A DNA stretch of 64,000 bases from Tubulanus polymorphus (lineage: Eukaryota > Animalia > Nemertea). Positions 63,201 to 64,000 of the stretch are shown piece by piece (the stretch's first letter is position 1; every line of letters begins with the position of its first letter). A program made the position numbers and the translations under genes. The stretch spans positions 15,879,653 through 15,943,652 of the forward strand of contig NC_134028.1 in NCBI RefSeq assembly GCF_964204645.1, written 5' to 3'. Below the pieces are notes generated by a model, which saw only the letters and a program-made list of their open reading frames with translations, was not told the DNA's origin and made no database searches.

Positions 63201-64000
63201 AATCGAACACAATCCGTAATGGCGTTGTCGCTGAATTACGGACGACTTCATGATGTGGTAAATAATGAGAAAGTTCATCACTAGGCATCGCTTCAGGCAC
63301 CTGCTCAATAAACTCCCTGCGTTCCTGCTCCTTTATTATGCGGTCATACTTCAAGCAACGATTCTCTATACAATCTATTAATAGTCGACAAAGTACGTTG
63401 GCGCGAGATCTCGTAATTACTATTCAAAACCGGGTGATCAGCCTTCCATGGAAGTCGCGCGGTGTAACGACCGTGACAGAACGATATTGACTCAGCGCAG
63501 TACTGCTCGGCAGTTAAAGTCTCACAATGAGTATTGTCCGGATGTTCAATGCCGATTGCCTCCAAGTCCCATAGCCTTTGTATGCCTTGCTGGTCGTCAG
63601 CATGGTCAGACAATAGATTCAAAACTTTGAATGAAGATTCGTTACACGGTTCTTTGACCGGACCGGACAGCAAGTATCCCAGTTTCGATTTAAGAGCAAT
63701 AGGGCCATCTCCACTGGAATGTCGTATCACCTCGTCCAAGACAATGCTGTAGTAATGTCGGCTCCGATTAACAACGATATGTTAAAAACATCCGTACCAG
63801 TCAAAGGATTAGCAAATGTCAGTCCACTTAAATACTGATAGTTTTTCACCGAGTGACTCTTGTCTTTAACTGGTGCTGCGATATTAGGTACGACTAATAA
63901 TTCTAGTTCAATTTTTTCCCCGGTATGACAAATTGAATAGATTGAATAGACTCGTGTGGTGTTTTCCCTTACAAGAAAGACAACTTTTATTCGATGCGCA
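60262..64000 (-). mobile_element. BEL/Pao LTR retrotransposon pol (PR-RT-RH-IN), degenerate, runs off the window
   Basis: YLPHHEV, LRIVFD, DIEKAFLQI, FGATCSPFIL, YVDN, YDPLG, FADASEKSYG, PQLEL, SDNAS, PWVAGYWERL, VNDRPL, FWNRWAREYL (DUF5641-like). Confidence 0.97.

Overview
AT-rich, transposon-dense animal genomic DNA (probably a marine invertebrate; not prokaryotic). Four short + strand exons (10357-10486, 25765-25830, 29903-30023, 54982-55077) splice in frame into a central-to-C-terminal segment of exocyst subunit Exo70 (EXOC7), so the whole window appears to lie inside that gene. Its very large introns are filled with nested mobile DNA: a fragmented DIRS retroelement, a long-TIR foldback family, four Helentron/HINE-like non-autonomous families (three with 145-154 bp tandem cores carrying CTCF-like motifs), Penelope fragments with minimal hammerhead motifs, L2/CR1 LINE fragments, several MITEs and BEL/Pao LTR remnants. 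The most notable structure is a 12.1-kb CCC...GGG-ended CMC/EnSpm element (39466-51555). It carries a 5-exon transposase and a divergently oriented, spliced coiled-coil + BEN-domain gene that the ORF track misses, and its ends are tiled with the palindrome AAGTGCACTT. A related CCC-ended element (25880-29120) uses CACATGTG repeats and seems to hold a decayed PHD-finger gene. All family and domain calls come from reading the sequence by eye; no database search was run.
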